Positions 20,245-30,205 of a stretch of DNA of 64,000 nt are shown here, piece after piece. Every line of letters begins with the position of its first letter. Within the stretch, counting starts at the first letter, position 1. Source of the DNA: Planctomycetota bacterium (GTDB taxonomy: Bacteria > Planctomycetota > SZUA-567 > H5-PLA8); NCBI GenBank assembly GCA_038227875.1, contig JBBRPR010000050.1, forward strand, positions 1-64,000, read 5' to 3'. The notes beneath the pieces are model-generated. The model was not told the origin of the DNA, did not search any database, and saw only the letters and a program-made list of their open reading frames with translations. The position numbers and the translations under genes are program-made.

Positions 20245-21396
20245 TCACTTAATCTCTTTAATCACATTCGCCGCAATGACCAGCCGCTGGATCTCGCTCG
20301 TGCCCTCGTACAACCGGCAGATGCGGACGTCACGGTAGTGGCGCTCGGCATCATACTCCTTGATGTACCCGTAGCCGCCGTGCATCTGCAATCCTTTGTC
20401 CGCCGCGCGGAAGGCCGCCTCGCTGGCGAAGAGCTTCGCCATCGCCGCTTCCTTCGTGTAGCGACGATCGCCCAGGTCCTTCAGCTTCGCCGCGCGCAGC
20501 ATCAGCAGTTCGGCCGCTTCCAGCTCCGTTGCGGAGTCGGCGATCATCCACTGGATCGCCTGCAGCTTGGAGAGCGGCGCGCCAAACTGTTCTCGCGTAT
20601 TGGTGTGGCGGACGGCCGCTTCCAGCGCCGCCTTGCCGATGCCCAAAGCCTGTGACGCGATGCCGATGCGCCCGCCGTCGAGCGTTTCGAGCGCGATGCT
20701 GAAGCCCTTGCCGATTGGCCCAAGCAGATTTTCCTTCGGCACGATGCACTGCGTCAGCACGATTTCCGTGGTGCTCGACGCATTGATACCCAGCTTGTGT
20801 TCGGTCTTGCCGCGCGCGAAGCCTTTGAACGACGGCTCGACAATGAACGCGCTGATCCCCTTGTGGCCGGCGCCCTTGTCGATCGTCGCATACACGATGC
20901 AGACGTTGCAGTAGCCGCCGTTGGTGACGAACAGCTTCGTGCCGTTGAGTTCGTAATGATCGCCGCAATCTTTGAAGACGGTGCTCAAATTCGCCGCGTC
21001 GCTGCCGGAGCCCGGTTCGGTCAGGGCATAGGCGCCGAGGTACTGCCCCGTGGCCAGCGGCTTGAGGTACTTCTCTTTCTGAGCCGGCGTGCCGTGTTTC
21101 AGAATCGGATCGGAACAGAGGCTCGTGTGCGCGCTTAAAATCACGCCGGTGCTCGCGCACGCCTTCGAAATTTCCATGATCGCGAGGTTGTAGGCCACGG
21201 CCGTGCAGCCCGCGCCACCGAACTCCTCGGGAATGTAGATGCCCATCAGGCCGAGTTCGCCCATCTCTTTCACGAGTTCTTCGGGGAAACGGCAGGTCTC
21301 GTCGAGTTCCCGCGCGATCGGTTTGACTTTCTTGGTTGCAAATTCGCGTGCGGTTTCCAGGACGGCCTGTTCCATCTCACTCAAGGAAAAATCCAT
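20245..21396 (-). CDS. Acyl-CoA dehydrogenase (short/branched chain type)
   Basis: ALTEPGSGSDA, LNGTKLFVTNG, LDGGRIGIASQALG, HGGYGY, YEGTSEIQR. Confidence 0.95.
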   Translation of the reverse strand: MDFSLSEMEQAVLETAREFATKKVKPIARELDETCRFPEELVKEMGELGLMGIYIPEEFGGAGCTAVAYNLAIMEISKACASTGVILSAHTSLCSDPILKHGTPAQKEKYLKPLATGQYLGAYALTEPGSGSDAANLSTVFKDCGDHYELNGTKLFVTNGGYCNVCIVYATIDKGAGHKGISAFIVEPSFKGFARGKTEHKLGINASSTTEIVLTQCIVPKENLLGPIGKGFSIALETLDGGRIGIASQALGIGKAALEAAVRHTNTREQFGAPLSKLQAIQWMIADSATELEAAELLMLRAAKLKDLGDRRYTKEAAMAKLFASEAAFRAADKGLQMHGGYGYIKEYDAERHYRDVRICRLYEGTSEIQRLVIAANVIKEIK

Positions 21397-21501
21397 CGTC
21401 TGCCCTCAATGTTGTGCGAAAACCATCGCGACCCGGAAATGCGCCTTCTCAGCGGCGTTACGCTTGCTATTGTATTCTATGGTAACGGAGGTGAACCGAC
21501 A

Positions 21502-21867
21502 ATGGCGGACATCGTACCGATCGTCGATAGTGAGGCTTGGGCAGCCCTGTGGAACGCTGAAAAAGCGGAGGGTAGCGGGGCTCTATTAGTTTTCAAACGC
21601 AGCCCAATCTGTCCCACAAGTCACTTTGTTGAAGGCATCTTCAACCGATATGTCGCGAAACTACCGGCTGCAAAAGATTTGAAAATAATTTCAGTCGATG
21701 TCATCGGCGCGCGCTCCACCTCGCAGCGCATCGCCGCCGACACCCAGATTCGCCACGAATCCCCCCAGGCGCTCCTGATTGGCCCCGGCCAGAAAATCCT
21801 CTGGAATGCGAGCCACGGCGACATTGACGACGAATCATTGACCAAGGCGCTGGCCCTCGCAAAGTAG
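21502..21867 (+). CDS. YtxJ/DUF2847-family thioredoxin-like protein
   Basis: FKRSPICPTS and IRHESPQALLI..WNASH; GGAGGT SD. Confidence 0.8.
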   Translation: MADIVPIVDSEAWAALWNAEKAEGSGALLVFKRSPICPTSHFVEGIFNRYVAKLPAAKDLKIISVDVIGARSTSQRIAADTQIRHESPQALLIGPGQKILWNASHGDIDDESLTKALALAK

Positions 21868-21939
21868 GACTGACCGCACGCGCTTAGGCCATGATCACGC
21901 GCGCATCTGCAATCGCATATAGAAGGTAGGGCTTTTCTG

Positions 21940-23229
21940 ATGACTCCCGACACACCCGGCGCCCCACCTCTCAATCCTCAGTCCTCAGCCCTCAGTCCTG
22001 TTCGTCCCGCTTTCCACGTCATGACCAAGCCGATCGGCGCGATCTGCAACATCGATTGCAAATACTGCTATTACCTCGAGAAAGAACAGCTCTACCCCGA
22101 CACGCGCAACTTCCGCATGACCGACGCCGCGCTGGAAAATTACGTCAAGCAGTACATCGAAGCGCAGTCGGTGCCGGAGATCGCGTTCGCCTGGCAGGGC
22201 GGCGAGCCCACGTTGCTCGGCGTCGACTTTTTCCGGCGCGCGGTGGAGCTTCAGAAAAAGTACTGCCCGCCCGGCAAGCGCATCACCAATGCGCTCCAGA
22301 CCAACGGCACATTGCTCAATGCCGAGTGGTGCGATTTCTTCCGCGAAAACGGTTTCCTGATCGGCCTGAGCATTGATGGCCCGCGCGATCTGCACGATTA
22401 CTACCGCGTCGACAAGGGCGGCAAGCCAACCTTCGACAAGGTGATGAAGGGCCTCGAACTGCTCAAAACGCACGGCGTCGAATTCAACACACTTACCGTC
22501 GTCAACCGGCAGAACTCCCGGCGCCCGCTGGACGTTTACAATTTCCTGAAACAGCACGGCAGCGGCTTTATTCAATTCATTCCGCTCGTGGAACGCGTCG
22601 GCGAAGGCCAATCGTTCGCCGCGCCGCCCGATCCCGATCCAGAGCACGCCGAGGAGAAGAACTCGCCAATCACGCCGTGGAGCGTCGAGTCGAAACAGTA
22701 CGGCGAATTCCTTTGCACGATTTTCGACGAGTGGGTCCACAACGATGTGGGCAACATTTTCATCCAGCTGTTTGAAGTGCAGTTGGCCATCTGGATGGGC
22801 AATCCCGCGGCACTCTGCGTCTTCGCCGAGACCTGCGGCGGCGCGATGGCCATGGAACACAACGGCGATCTGTATTCGTGCGACCACTATGTCTACGACA
22901 AGTTCAAACTCGGCAACATCAACCAGACGCCGATCACCGAGCTGGTGAATTCCGCCTTCCAGCAGAAGTTCGGGCTCGACAAGCGCGACGCGCTGCCCAA
23001 GTACTGCCGCGAATGCGACGTGCGCTTTGCCTGCAACGGCGAATGCCCGAAGCACCGCTTCATCAAAACACCCGACGGCGAGGACGGACTCAACTACCTC
23101 TGCGCCGGGTATTTAAAATTCTTTCATCACATCGATCCGTACATGAAACAGATGGGCGAATTGCTTAAGAATAGAAAGCCCGCCAGCCTGATCATGACCC
23201 AACTGGCGCGGCAGAAGCGGAAGAAATAG
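21940..23229 (+). CDS. Anaerobic sulfatase maturase (radical SAM/SPASM)
   Basis: [56 protein letters not shown]. Confidence 0.95.
   Translation: MTPDTPGAPPLNPQSSALSPVRPAFHVMTKPIGAICNIDCKYCYYLEKEQLYPDTRNFRMTDAALENYVKQYIEAQSVPEIAFAWQGGEPTLLGVDFFRRAVELQKKYCPPGKRITNALQTNGTLLNAEWCDFFRENGFLIGLSIDGPRDLHDYYRVDKGGKPTFDKVMKGLELLKTHGVEFNTLTVVNRQNSRRPLDVYNFLKQHGSGFIQFIPLVERVGEGQSFAAPPDPDPEHAEEKNSPITPWSVESKQYGEFLCTIFDEWVHNDVGNIFIQLFEVQLAIWMGNPAALCVFAETCGGAMAMEHNGDLYSCDHYVYDKFKLGNINQTPITELVNSAFQQKFGLDKRDALPKYCRECDVRFACNGECPKHRFIKTPDGEDGLNYLCAGYLKFFHHIDPYMKQMGELLKNRKPASLIMTQLARQKRKK
21970..22000 (+). repeat. CTCAGTC heptamer tandem array inside the 5' end of the maturase gene
   Basis: CTCAATC CTCAGTC CTCAGCC CTCAGTC, translated as [10 protein letters not shown]. 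Confidence 0.7.
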
Positions 23230-23272
23230 AACGTCGGGCCGGGAGCCTGCATCAACTCGAGGAAAAGTGAAC

Positions 23273-24220
23273 ATGTCCGAGTACTGGAAGGGCAAGACCG
23301 TCATCGTCACCGGCGGCGCCGGTTTCCTGGGATCGTTTGTGTGTGAGCGGCTGCGAGCACGCGGCGTCAAAGAGATCATCACGCCGCGCCGCAAAGAATG
23401 CGACCTGACCGACGCAACAGTGGTGCGGAATCTTTACGCGAACGCCAAGCCGGACGTTGTACTCCATCTTGCGGCGGAAGTCGGCGGCATCGGCGCCAAC
23501 CAGGCCAATCCCGGCCGCTACTTTTTCGCCAACATGGCGATGGGTCTGAATCTCGTCGAAGAAGGACGCAAGTACGGCAAGCTCCAGAAATTCGTGCAAG
23601 TGGGAACCGTCTGCGCGTACCCGAAGTTCGCACCGGTCCCGTTCAAGGAAGAGGACATCTGGAACGGCTACCCCGAAGAAACCAACGCGCCGTATGGCGT
23701 CGCCAAAAAATCCCTGCTGGTGATGCTCGACGCCTACCGCCGGCAGTACGGCTTCAACGGCCTGTTCCTGATTCCCGTAAACCTCTACGGCCCGCGCGAC
23801 AACTTCGACCTCAACACCAGCCACGTCATCCCCGCGCTCATTCGCAAATGCGTCGAAGCCACCGACCACAGCGACGGCAAGATCGTCTGCTGGGGCACCG
23901 GCTCCGCGTCGCGTGAATTCCTTTACGTCGAAGATTGCGCCGATGGCATCGTCGCCGGCGCGGAACTTTACAACGCCAGCGATCCCGTGAACCTCGGTAC
24001 CGGCAGCGAAATCAGCATCAAAAATCTCGTCGAACTCATCGCCCGGCTCACCGGCTTCAAAGGCCGGATCGAATGGGACGCCACCCGCCCCGACGGTCAG
24101 CCCCGCCGCTGCCTCGACGTCTCCAAAGCGCAAAACCTCTTCGGCTTCAACGCCAAAGTCTCCTTCGAAGACGGCCTGGCCAAAACCATCGCTTGGTTTC
24201 GAGCGCAAAAGCGCGGCTAA
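23273..24220 (+). CDS. fcl: GDP-L-fucose synthase
   Basis: [65 protein letters not shown]. Confidence 0.93.
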   Translation: MSEYWKGKTVIVTGGAGFLGSFVCERLRARGVKEIITPRRKECDLTDATVVRNLYANAKPDVVLHLAAEVGGIGANQANPGRYFFANMAMGLNLVEEGRKYGKLQKFVQVGTVCAYPKFAPVPFKEEDIWNGYPEETNAPYGVAKKSLLVMLDAYRRQYGFNGLFLIPVNLYGPRDNFDLNTSHVIPALIRKCVEATDHSDGKIVCWGTGSASREFLYVEDCADGIVAGAELYNASDPVNLGTGSEISIKNLVELIARLTGFKGRIEWDATRPDGQPRRCLDVSKAQNLFGFNAKVSFEDGLAKTIAWFRAQKRG

Positions 24221-24418
24221 GTCGCGAGGGGTTAGGGCTCAGAGTAGCGCGCGATTTACGGCTGAAGAATGTCTTCCGCCCTCCGGCAGGAAACCTTGCG
24301 CAATCGCGTAAGGAAATTCGACATTCAAACTACGCCCAACCCCCGAGGGCCAAGTTTTCGCCACACCACCGTCCTCTATTCTGACCCCTGGCCCCTGACC
24401 ACTGACCCCTCGCGGCTT
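24219..24418. repeat. Inverted heptamer (AGGGGTC/GACCCCT)-bounded intergenic element
   Basis: Left AAGTCGCGAGGGGTTAGGGCTCAGAGTAG; right CTATTCTGACCCCTGGCCCCTGACCACTGACCCCTCGCGGCTT. Confidence 0.7.
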
Positions 24419-26694
24419 GCCGCGAAGTCCATTGCCATCGACATCACCCACACCGTCATCCACGGCACAAACCAACGCGCGATGCCGCCGCGCGGTTTGC
24501 AGACCGGGTCGTGCGGGTGCTGAATGTAGTTGGTCTGATTGTACTGCTCCGTCTGCTCGCCGGGCTCGTCCATGCCCCACAGTTTCCCGGGACGCGCAAT
24601 CGTCTCGATGATCGGCACGAGCATGCGCCGCGCTTGCTCGCGGTACAGTCCGGCGTAAGCGCCAGGATCGGATTCCAGAAGCGTGGCGTACTGCGCGATT
24701 TCTGCGGCAGCAGAAAAGACGTGCAGATGCCGATTCTGCACCGACACGTCGCTTAATCCGTTCGTCCGAAATCCCGCGTCGCCCAGCAGCGTGCCCGGAA
24801 GTAGCGGCACGTTCCACGTGTATGCCCAGGTCAGCACCCAGTCCGCCGCGTGGCCTGCCCAACCGAGCAATTGTGCGAGATCGTTCGAGTCGGCGTGGCG
24901 CGCCGCTTGAACGCGGTAGAGCGTGCGCGCCGCGATCAGCAAAAACAATCCGGATTCCATGTCCTCACAACCGGAATCCAGCGCCGAACCGCACGGATGC
25001 GTGCCGCCACTGTCGAGAAACCCGGCAGCATACGCGCGCATCAGTTCCTGCGCCGTTGCGATGTACCGCTCACCGCCCGGCAGCGCGCTCGCTTCCGCCA
25101 GCGCTGCGACGCTCAGCGCGCCGGCGGTGACCGCTGCGCCCGGAAGGACTTCGCCCGTCGCCGACCACGCGAGCGGAAACAACCCGTCTCTGCGGCGGCG
25201 TTGGGGCTCGAGATACCAATCGAGCAATTCGAAGAAACTCTGCTCGCGCAACTCATTGGCGAGACCCGCTCGCCGCTGCGTCGCAAGCAACAAGGACAAC
25301 TCGTAGAGCGTCTCCCACGTCGCGCGCGCGTAGCCTTCGCTGGAACCCATCACATCGCCCCAGCGTTTCTGCTTGATCACATACCGCGTCGGCGCCGGCG
25401 CATTCCGCCGGACCGCGAGCAGCGCGGCGCTCAGCCAGCGAACGGCAATGCGGTCCCCCCGCCCCATCAAGTCCGCGTTGTTCGTGCGTTTTCCCCAACG
25501 CCAGAGCGACAAGCCCAGGCGCATGTTCTGTCCGACCCAGCCGTACTCCACCGACTGCTCCACGCCCGCGTACTCCGGGCGGTTGGGATACCAGAGCATC
25601 CCGCACGCGTTCTCGTCCTCAAACCAGCGGCTCAGTGCGTAGGAAACTTTCAGTCCGATGGCTTCTTCCAGCGCCGGAATTTCAACCCACGCGAGTTCCT
25701 CCGGAGTAAGCGCGGGCTGTTCGGACAAGCAACGCGTCAGCGGCCCGCGCCACGACTGCCAGGGCGTGGCCGCCGCGATCTGAAGTCGATAGTGCTTATC
25801 GTAAATCTGCCCCGGCCGCGCTTCCGTCCACGCGTCGAGATAATCGGCTGCGTGGTTCTGAGCGTCGTAGATCGTCTCGTTCTCGCCGTTCAGCGCGAGG
25901 CGTCCGGAGACCGACAGCAACCGCGCGCGCCCGGTTTTCGGAACCGCAATTCCCAGCGACCACCATTGATCGGGAAGATGTCCGTGCAGCACCGGCATCG
26001 GCGTGGTGTGCAGCGTGACGCCAAAAAGTTCGAGATTGACTTCCGTCTCGACGTGAACGAACGGCGACGGAAACTTGTGTTCCTCGAAGAGATTTTCCGC
26101 GTCCGCCGAAAGCCGCGGCACCAATCGAGAGGGCACTGCGCCCGGATTGCCGTCGTATAGTATTCCGGGAAGCAAATGTGAATGCAGCGTGCCGCAGACG
26201 TCGACGTGCGCCGAAAATTCCAACTGAGAAATGGGCTCCGCGCGTTCATGCCACCACGCGCGCCGCCAGTCCAGCACCCCCGGCCCCGTCCACGTAAACG
26301 TGTCGCGCAGCGAGATGAAAACATCCGCACCCGCCCGTACCGCACACTGCCGCGTCCATTCGAGGCTCGACCCGTTCACCGCAACGCTGCTGGACTGAAT
26401 CTCGCCGTGTTCACCACCGCGATACGCGCAAACCCCACCCATCGGAATCAGCGCGATACGGTTGTCACGAAACGAAACCGCCACCGCCGCTTCATCCGGA
26501 AGCGTCTCCAGTCGCCAGGGATGCAACTCGAGCGTCGAAATACCGCCTCCGGTAACAGAGTCATTGGCAAATTGGACATTTACGGGAGCGGATGACAAAC
26601 CGAAACCGCTTGCCACAACGCCCTTCCGTAAATGAAAAACGACCGATGACCAATGCCCAATGACCAATGACCAATGCCTCCGTTCAAGACTCAA
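24376..26694 (-). CDS. Hypothetical protein, probable (alpha/alpha)6 glycosidase-like; start uncertain (26694 TTG, 26526 TTG or 26442 ATG)
   Basis: Long ORF; YGWVGQ, ALDSGCEDMES, VSVQNRHLH, GEQTEQYNQTNY; helical Trp-rich C-half. Confidence 0.6.
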   Translation of the reverse strand: MSLERRHWSLVIGHWSSVVFHLRKGVVASGFGLSSAPVNVQFANDSVTGGGISTLELHPWRLETLPDEAAVAVSFRDNRIALIPMGGVCAYRGGEHGEIQSSSVAVNGSSLEWTRQCAVRAGADVFISLRDTFTWTGPGVLDWRRAWWHERAEPISQLEFSAHVDVCGTLHSHLLPGILYDGNPGAVPSRLVPRLSADAENLFEEHKFPSPFVHVETEVNLELFGVTLHTTPMPVLHGHLPDQWWSLGIAVPKTGRARLLSVSGRLALNGENETIYDAQNHAADYLDAWTEARPGQIYDKHYRLQIAAATPWQSWRGPLTRCLSEQPALTPEELAWVEIPALEEAIGLKVSYALSRWFEDENACGMLWYPNRPEYAGVEQSVEYGWVGQNMRLGLSLWRWGKRTNNADLMGRGDRIAVRWLSAALLAVRRNAPAPTRYVIKQKRWGDVMGSSEGYARATWETLYELSLLLATQRRAGLANELREQSFFELLDWYLEPQRRRRDGLFPLAWSATGEVLPGAAVTAGALSVAALAEASALPGGERYIATAQELMRAYAAGFLDSGGTHPCGSALDSGCEDMESGLFLLIAARTLYRVQAARHADSNDLAQLLGWAGHAADWVLTWAYTWNVPLLPGTLLGDAGFRTNGLSDVSVQNRHLHVFSAAAEIAQYATLLESDPGAYAGLYREQARRMLVPIIETIARPGKLWGMDEPGEQTEQYNQTNYIQHPHDPVCKPRGGIARWFVPWMTVWVMSMAMDFAASREGSVVRGQGSE
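26554..26684. mobile_element. MITE-like hairpin element with TTGGTCA/TGACCAA heptamer arms (copy A)
   Basis: AACAGAGTCATTGG...CATTTACGGGAGCGGATGACA...CGTAAATGAAAAA...CCAATGCCTCCGTT; homologous to 30057-30205. Confidence 0.75.
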
Positions 26695-26984
26695 TTGATG
26701 TCCAACAGCTCATACGTCCCATACCCTTCGTATTTCAGCTTCCCCATCTTGACCAGCTCTTCCCAGATCTCCTTGGGGAACTGCGAGGGCGGCGTGATCG
26801 CCTGGATCGCCGACGATCTGCCGGAGCTCAACGGTCCGGTGATCTTTCCGGATTCGCTGTCGAGCTTCATGGCTTTCAAACGCTTCTTGAACGCCTTGAG
26901 CGCCCCTTTCAGTTCGCCGTGCGAAAACGTGCCGGGCGCGCCGGGTGCCGGCGTGGCTGCGGGAGGTGTAGCTTCGTCGGACAT
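26691..26984 (-). CDS. Small conserved-looking hypothetical protein
   Basis: MSDEAT start with AAGGAG SD; ALKAFKKRLK..ITPPSQFPKEIWEELVKMGKLKY; GC3-rich codon usage. Confidence 0.75.
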   Translation of the reverse strand: MSDEATPPAATPAPGAPGTFSHGELKGALKAFKKRLKAMKLDSESGKITGPLSSGRSSAIQAITPPSQFPKEIWEELVKMGKLKYEGYGTYELLDIN

Positions 26985-27043
26985 AGCGGAGCTCCTTGTA
27001 GTTTGTGTCTCGAAAGCATAAACGCTTAGTGTGATCCGGTACA

Positions 27044-28333
27044 CTACATTGACGATCGAGAGTCGCGCCACTTACTCCACACCAACCCCAGCCCCACCGC
27101 CACCGCCAGCCAGAATTCCGGCAGCCACGCGAAGCCAAGCGCCCCGATCGGCCTGTGCTTGAGCCAGACTCGCACCGTGCCGTCCTTGTCGAGCGTGGCA
27201 ATGCGGGAATCGTCGGGCGCGATGGCGGTGGCGCTGGTAGCTTTATGGTCCACACCAAGGGCCTGAATGAACGACCCGTGCATCGCCGCCATGTCCAATG
27301 TCGAGTAGATGCTAAAGTCCCGCGAGAAAAGTTCGATTTCACGTCCGCGAATTCGATTTCTCGCTTTGGGCATGCAATGTCTGAATTTCGGTGCAAGGCG
27401 ATACTGGAGTAGCGCATCATTCTCCATCGCGTCTGGCGAGATGAGCTTTCCATTGTCGTCTACATACGAAACTTCGTCGTTTATTGGGACCGACTTTGCC
27501 AATCGCGTGGAACCTAATTCCCAAGTATCGTGCACATAATCCTTCGGTGCGCCGTAGACCACTGCCAGCAGTCCATTGTTGGACGAGAAATTCAGCGGAA
27601 TCGCTGCTTCGTTCATTTCATTAAGCACGCAAAGTTCAGTACCTGTGGCGGGGTTGAAGACATGAATCTTCCCTTTCCAACCTACTGCCGCCAATTTGTC
27701 ATCGTCGGAGATTGTTACTCGATCCAAGAGCAGCTCAGCAGAGATAGGATTGTCGATAGGCGAATTCGATATGCTCGTAGCATCCGCAACAAGAGATTTC
27801 GGCATCTCCATGCGTTTGCCTGTTTCAATATTCAGAAATGCGACAGCCCATCTACCGCCGCCGCAATTGAAACTCGGCATCAAATCATCCGCCCCCGCAA
27901 CTGTTCGACCGACACAGACCCATTTGCCGCCGGGCGAAAGAACGCAATCCGATCTATCTCCAGTCTCTTTCTCACGATGAGACCAGATTAATCTGCCCGT
28001 TGAAGCATCCCACATCGTTACTTTCGGCGGCGACGCACCGCTCGGATAACCGCAGAAACCCGGGGAAAAATGGATTTCCATTTCCATTCTACATGTGACG
28101 AGTCGCTTACCGTCCGGAGTGAAAAACAGTTGTTGAGTTGGAGGCTCAAACGCCGTGGAACTTTCCGCACAGTTCCACGCCCGCTCCAACCGCCACGGAA
28201 ACCTGTTTAACCAAAGCAGCGTCGCACTCGCCATCAACACCGTGAACAGCAGTAACGTACGCAACGAAAATCGCAGCCAGCGCCGGCGCGCAGGTCGAGT
28301 GGAGGCAACCGGTGGTGTGGAAACCTCGATCAT
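27044..28333 (-). CDS. WD40-like beta-propeller membrane protein with N-terminal FSLRTLLL anchor and C-terminal LPEFW-TM tail
   Basis: FTPDGKRLVT, MWDASTGR, IAPDDSRIATLDKDGTVRVW; TM segments at both ends. Confidence 0.75.
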   Translation of the reverse strand: MIEVSTPPVASTRPARRRWLRFSLRTLLLFTVLMASATLLWLNRFPWRLERAWNCAESSTAFEPPTQQLFFTPDGKRLVTCRMEMEIHFSPGFCGYPSGASPPKVTMWDASTGRLIWSHREKETGDRSDCVLSPGGKWVCVGRTVAGADDLMPSFNCGGGRWAVAFLNIETGKRMEMPKSLVADATSISNSPIDNPISAELLLDRVTISDDDKLAAVGWKGKIHVFNPATGTELCVLNEMNEAAIPLNFSSNNGLLAVVYGAPKDYVHDTWELGSTRLAKSVPINDEVSYVDDNGKLISPDAMENDALLQYRLAPKFRHCMPKARNRIRGREIELFSRDFSIYSTLDMAAMHGSFIQALGVDHKATSATAIAPDDSRIATLDKDGTVRVWLKHRPIGALGFAWLPEFWLAVAVGLGLVWSKWRDSRSSM

Positions 28334-28602
28334 AGTTTCAGCACACTCTCCAGTGAGATAAATCGCAGCGGTCGGCCACAGTCACATAGGTGTCTAAGGT
28401 TCGGAGCGCGGCCGTTCACCGACAACTTTTAGCAGGACTGATCCGAACAAGCGACAAGTATCGCCCGTACAAGAGACTATAAAATATCGCGGCAAGCCCA
28501 AATCACTTGTGCAAAAAGCACCCGTAAATACCCGCAAAGTACCCAATTGAAAACCATGCAGAATGCCTTAAAGTACACATCGTGCTCGTTGCTTTGCCAA
28601 GG

Positions 28603-29049
28603 ATGGCGCCCATGTTGTTGTACAACGTTAACACCGCGGAATGCCACGCCTTCTCGCGCCAGAATGCGAGTCAGAAGTACATCACGCAAGTCCGCACGGT
28701 GCTCGAAAAAGGTGAAGCGCCGATTCCTCATCACGATGACTTCAGCACGCGCCTCCACCGCCGCGCCAGAAACGCCGTCTTCACCATCAACCGCTTCAAC
28801 GTCACGCCCATCGCCGCTGGTGCTTTTGTCGCCGATGAATTCGACGAGCCGCAGATCTGGTCCGGCATCATCAAGCTCGTCCCGCCCGGCTCCGGTTTCC
28901 ACCGGCTCGATCCGCTGATGCCCGAAGTCCGACCGTGGCTGGCCGTCGCGCTGCTCCCCGGGCACATCTTCGTCCGCGAAGGTGTGGAATGGCTCTCCGA
29001 ATATTGCATGACCGTCGCCTGCGCCATGGACGAATGCGCCGTGTCGTAA
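28603..29049 (+). CDS. Hypothetical protein
   Basis: 148-aa ORF with GC3-rich codon usage; PWLAVALLPG..WLSEY motif. Confidence 0.6.
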   Translation: MAPMLLYNVNTAECHAFSRQNASQKYITQVRTVLEKGEAPIPHHDDFSTRLHRRARNAVFTINRFNVTPIAAGAFVADEFDEPQIWSGIIKLVPPGSGFHRLDPLMPEVRPWLAVALLPGHIFVREGVEWLSEYCMTVACAMDECAVS

Positions 29050-29080
29050 GCAGTTCCCATCAACATCTGTTCTTTTGCAG

Positions 29081-29111
29081 TTTCTTTGCGTCTTAGCGGC
29101 TTTGCGTGAGA
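29081..29111 (+). repeat. CTTTGCG-type short tandem repeat
   Basis: TTTCTTTGCGTCTTAGCGGCTTTGCGTGAGA; related copy at 34123-34145. Confidence 0.6.
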
Positions 29112-29161
29112 TTCAACCCCGCATTCCCAACTCAAGAATCATAAAACTCAAAACTATCCTG

Positions 29162-29191
29162 TTGACATTCGCACCTTTGATGGTGTACATT
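29162..29191 (+). promoter_or_regulatory. Candidate sigma70-type promoter
   Basis: TTGACA-18 nt-TACATT upstream of the HTH gene. Confidence 0.45.
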
Positions 29192-29294
29192 CCACACACC
29201 TGCGAACGTCCGTCCTTATCGCTGATACGCGGTCCGGCGCTCGCCAACTTTCATCACCCACACAACCAGAGTCACCACCAAAGCCGCAGCGCTT

Positions 29295-29315
29295 GCCGTG
29301 AGCTTGTCGAACGGC
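29295..29315. repeat. REP-like hairpin GCCGTGAGCTTGTCGAACGGC
   Basis: GCCGT/ACGGC stem around the GAGCTTGTCGAA core seen in widespread intergenic repeats. Confidence 0.55.
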
Positions 29316-29346
29316 CCGGTGCCTCCGTGGGTAGAAAGTGATCGTT

Positions 29347-30024
29347 ATGAATACGCTCGAACCGCTCCACGAAAAAGCCATCGACCTCTTCGTCTCCGGT
29401 AAAAAACAGCATGAAGTCGCGAAGGAGCTAGACGTCAACCCGCGCACCGTCCGCCGCTGGGCCGAAGAAGAACTGTTCGTCTCCGAACTCAACAAGCACC
29501 ACGCCCTGGCCCGCAAGCTCCAGCAGGACGAAGCCGCTGAAATCGCGCGCGAAAACCGGGAGCTCCGCAAGCTCGGCCGCAACCGCATCCGCGCGATCCT
29601 GGAAGACCCCAAGTCCTCCGATTATCTCGTGATCCAGTCGCTGAAATTGCTCCAGCAGGAAGAGCGTGCCGAACGCCGCGCCGAGGAAGCGCAAGCCTGG
29701 CGCGAATTCGTCTACAACGACAAGAAGGCCGAGCGCCAGGAGCAGGCCAACCGCGACCGCGACGAACACGTGAAACTCGTCAATGCCATGCAGCGGCCCT
29801 CGCCGGCCGACGTCATGCTCAAGATGATGAAATCCCAGGAAGAGGAAGCCGTCGCCAAAATCCGAGCCGACATCGCCGCCGAGAAGGCGGAGCTGGCCGC
29901 CAAACGAGCGGACAAAAGCGGACAAAACCGGACAGCCCCGAGCGTCCAGCCGCCGGTAGTCCAGCCCGTGAAGCCCTTCCGCTACCCGCCGGTCGAAAAA
30001 GCAGACAAAAGCGGACAGGTGTAG
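29347..30024 (+). CDS. N-terminal helix-turn-helix, coiled-coil protein
   Basis: KAIDLFVSGKKQHEVAKELDVNPRTVRRW; charged helical C-terminal region with two ADKSGQ repeats. Confidence 0.75.
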   Translation: MNTLEPLHEKAIDLFVSGKKQHEVAKELDVNPRTVRRWAEEELFVSELNKHHALARKLQQDEAAEIARENRELRKLGRNRIRAILEDPKSSDYLVIQSLKLLQQEERAERRAEEAQAWREFVYNDKKAERQEQANRDRDEHVKLVNAMQRPSPADVMLKMMKSQEEEAVAKIRADIAAEKAELAAKRADKSGQNRTAPSVQPPVVQPVKPFRYPPVEKADKSGQV

Positions 30025-30056
30025 CCCAGACTGTTACGTAAGCAGGTCTGGTGCTC

Positions 30057-30205
30057 AACGGAGTCATTGGGCATTGGGCATTGGTCATTGGTCATTTTTC
30101 ATGGGTCATTTACGGAGAGCGGATGACATGGCGCTCGACTCGCCGCAACGCTCTCGTAAATGAAAAATGACCAATGCCCAATGCCCAATGACCAATGACT
30201 CCGTT
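30057..30205. mobile_element. MITE-like hairpin element with TTGGTCA/TGACCAA heptamer arms (copy B)
   Basis: AACGGAGTCATTGGGCATTGGGCATTGGTCATTGGTCATTTTTCAT ... ATGAAAAATGACCAATGCCCAATGCCCAATGACCAATGACTCCGTT. Confidence 0.85.

Noticed and set aside
28603..30024. Prophage remnant (HTH resembling a small terminase; XRE-S24 gene at 51 kb)
   Set aside because: No integrase, terminase large subunit, structural genes or att sites.
26554..30205. CRISPR array interpretation of the repeats
   Set aside because: Units are 7 bp with no unique spacers of regular length, and there are no cas genes.
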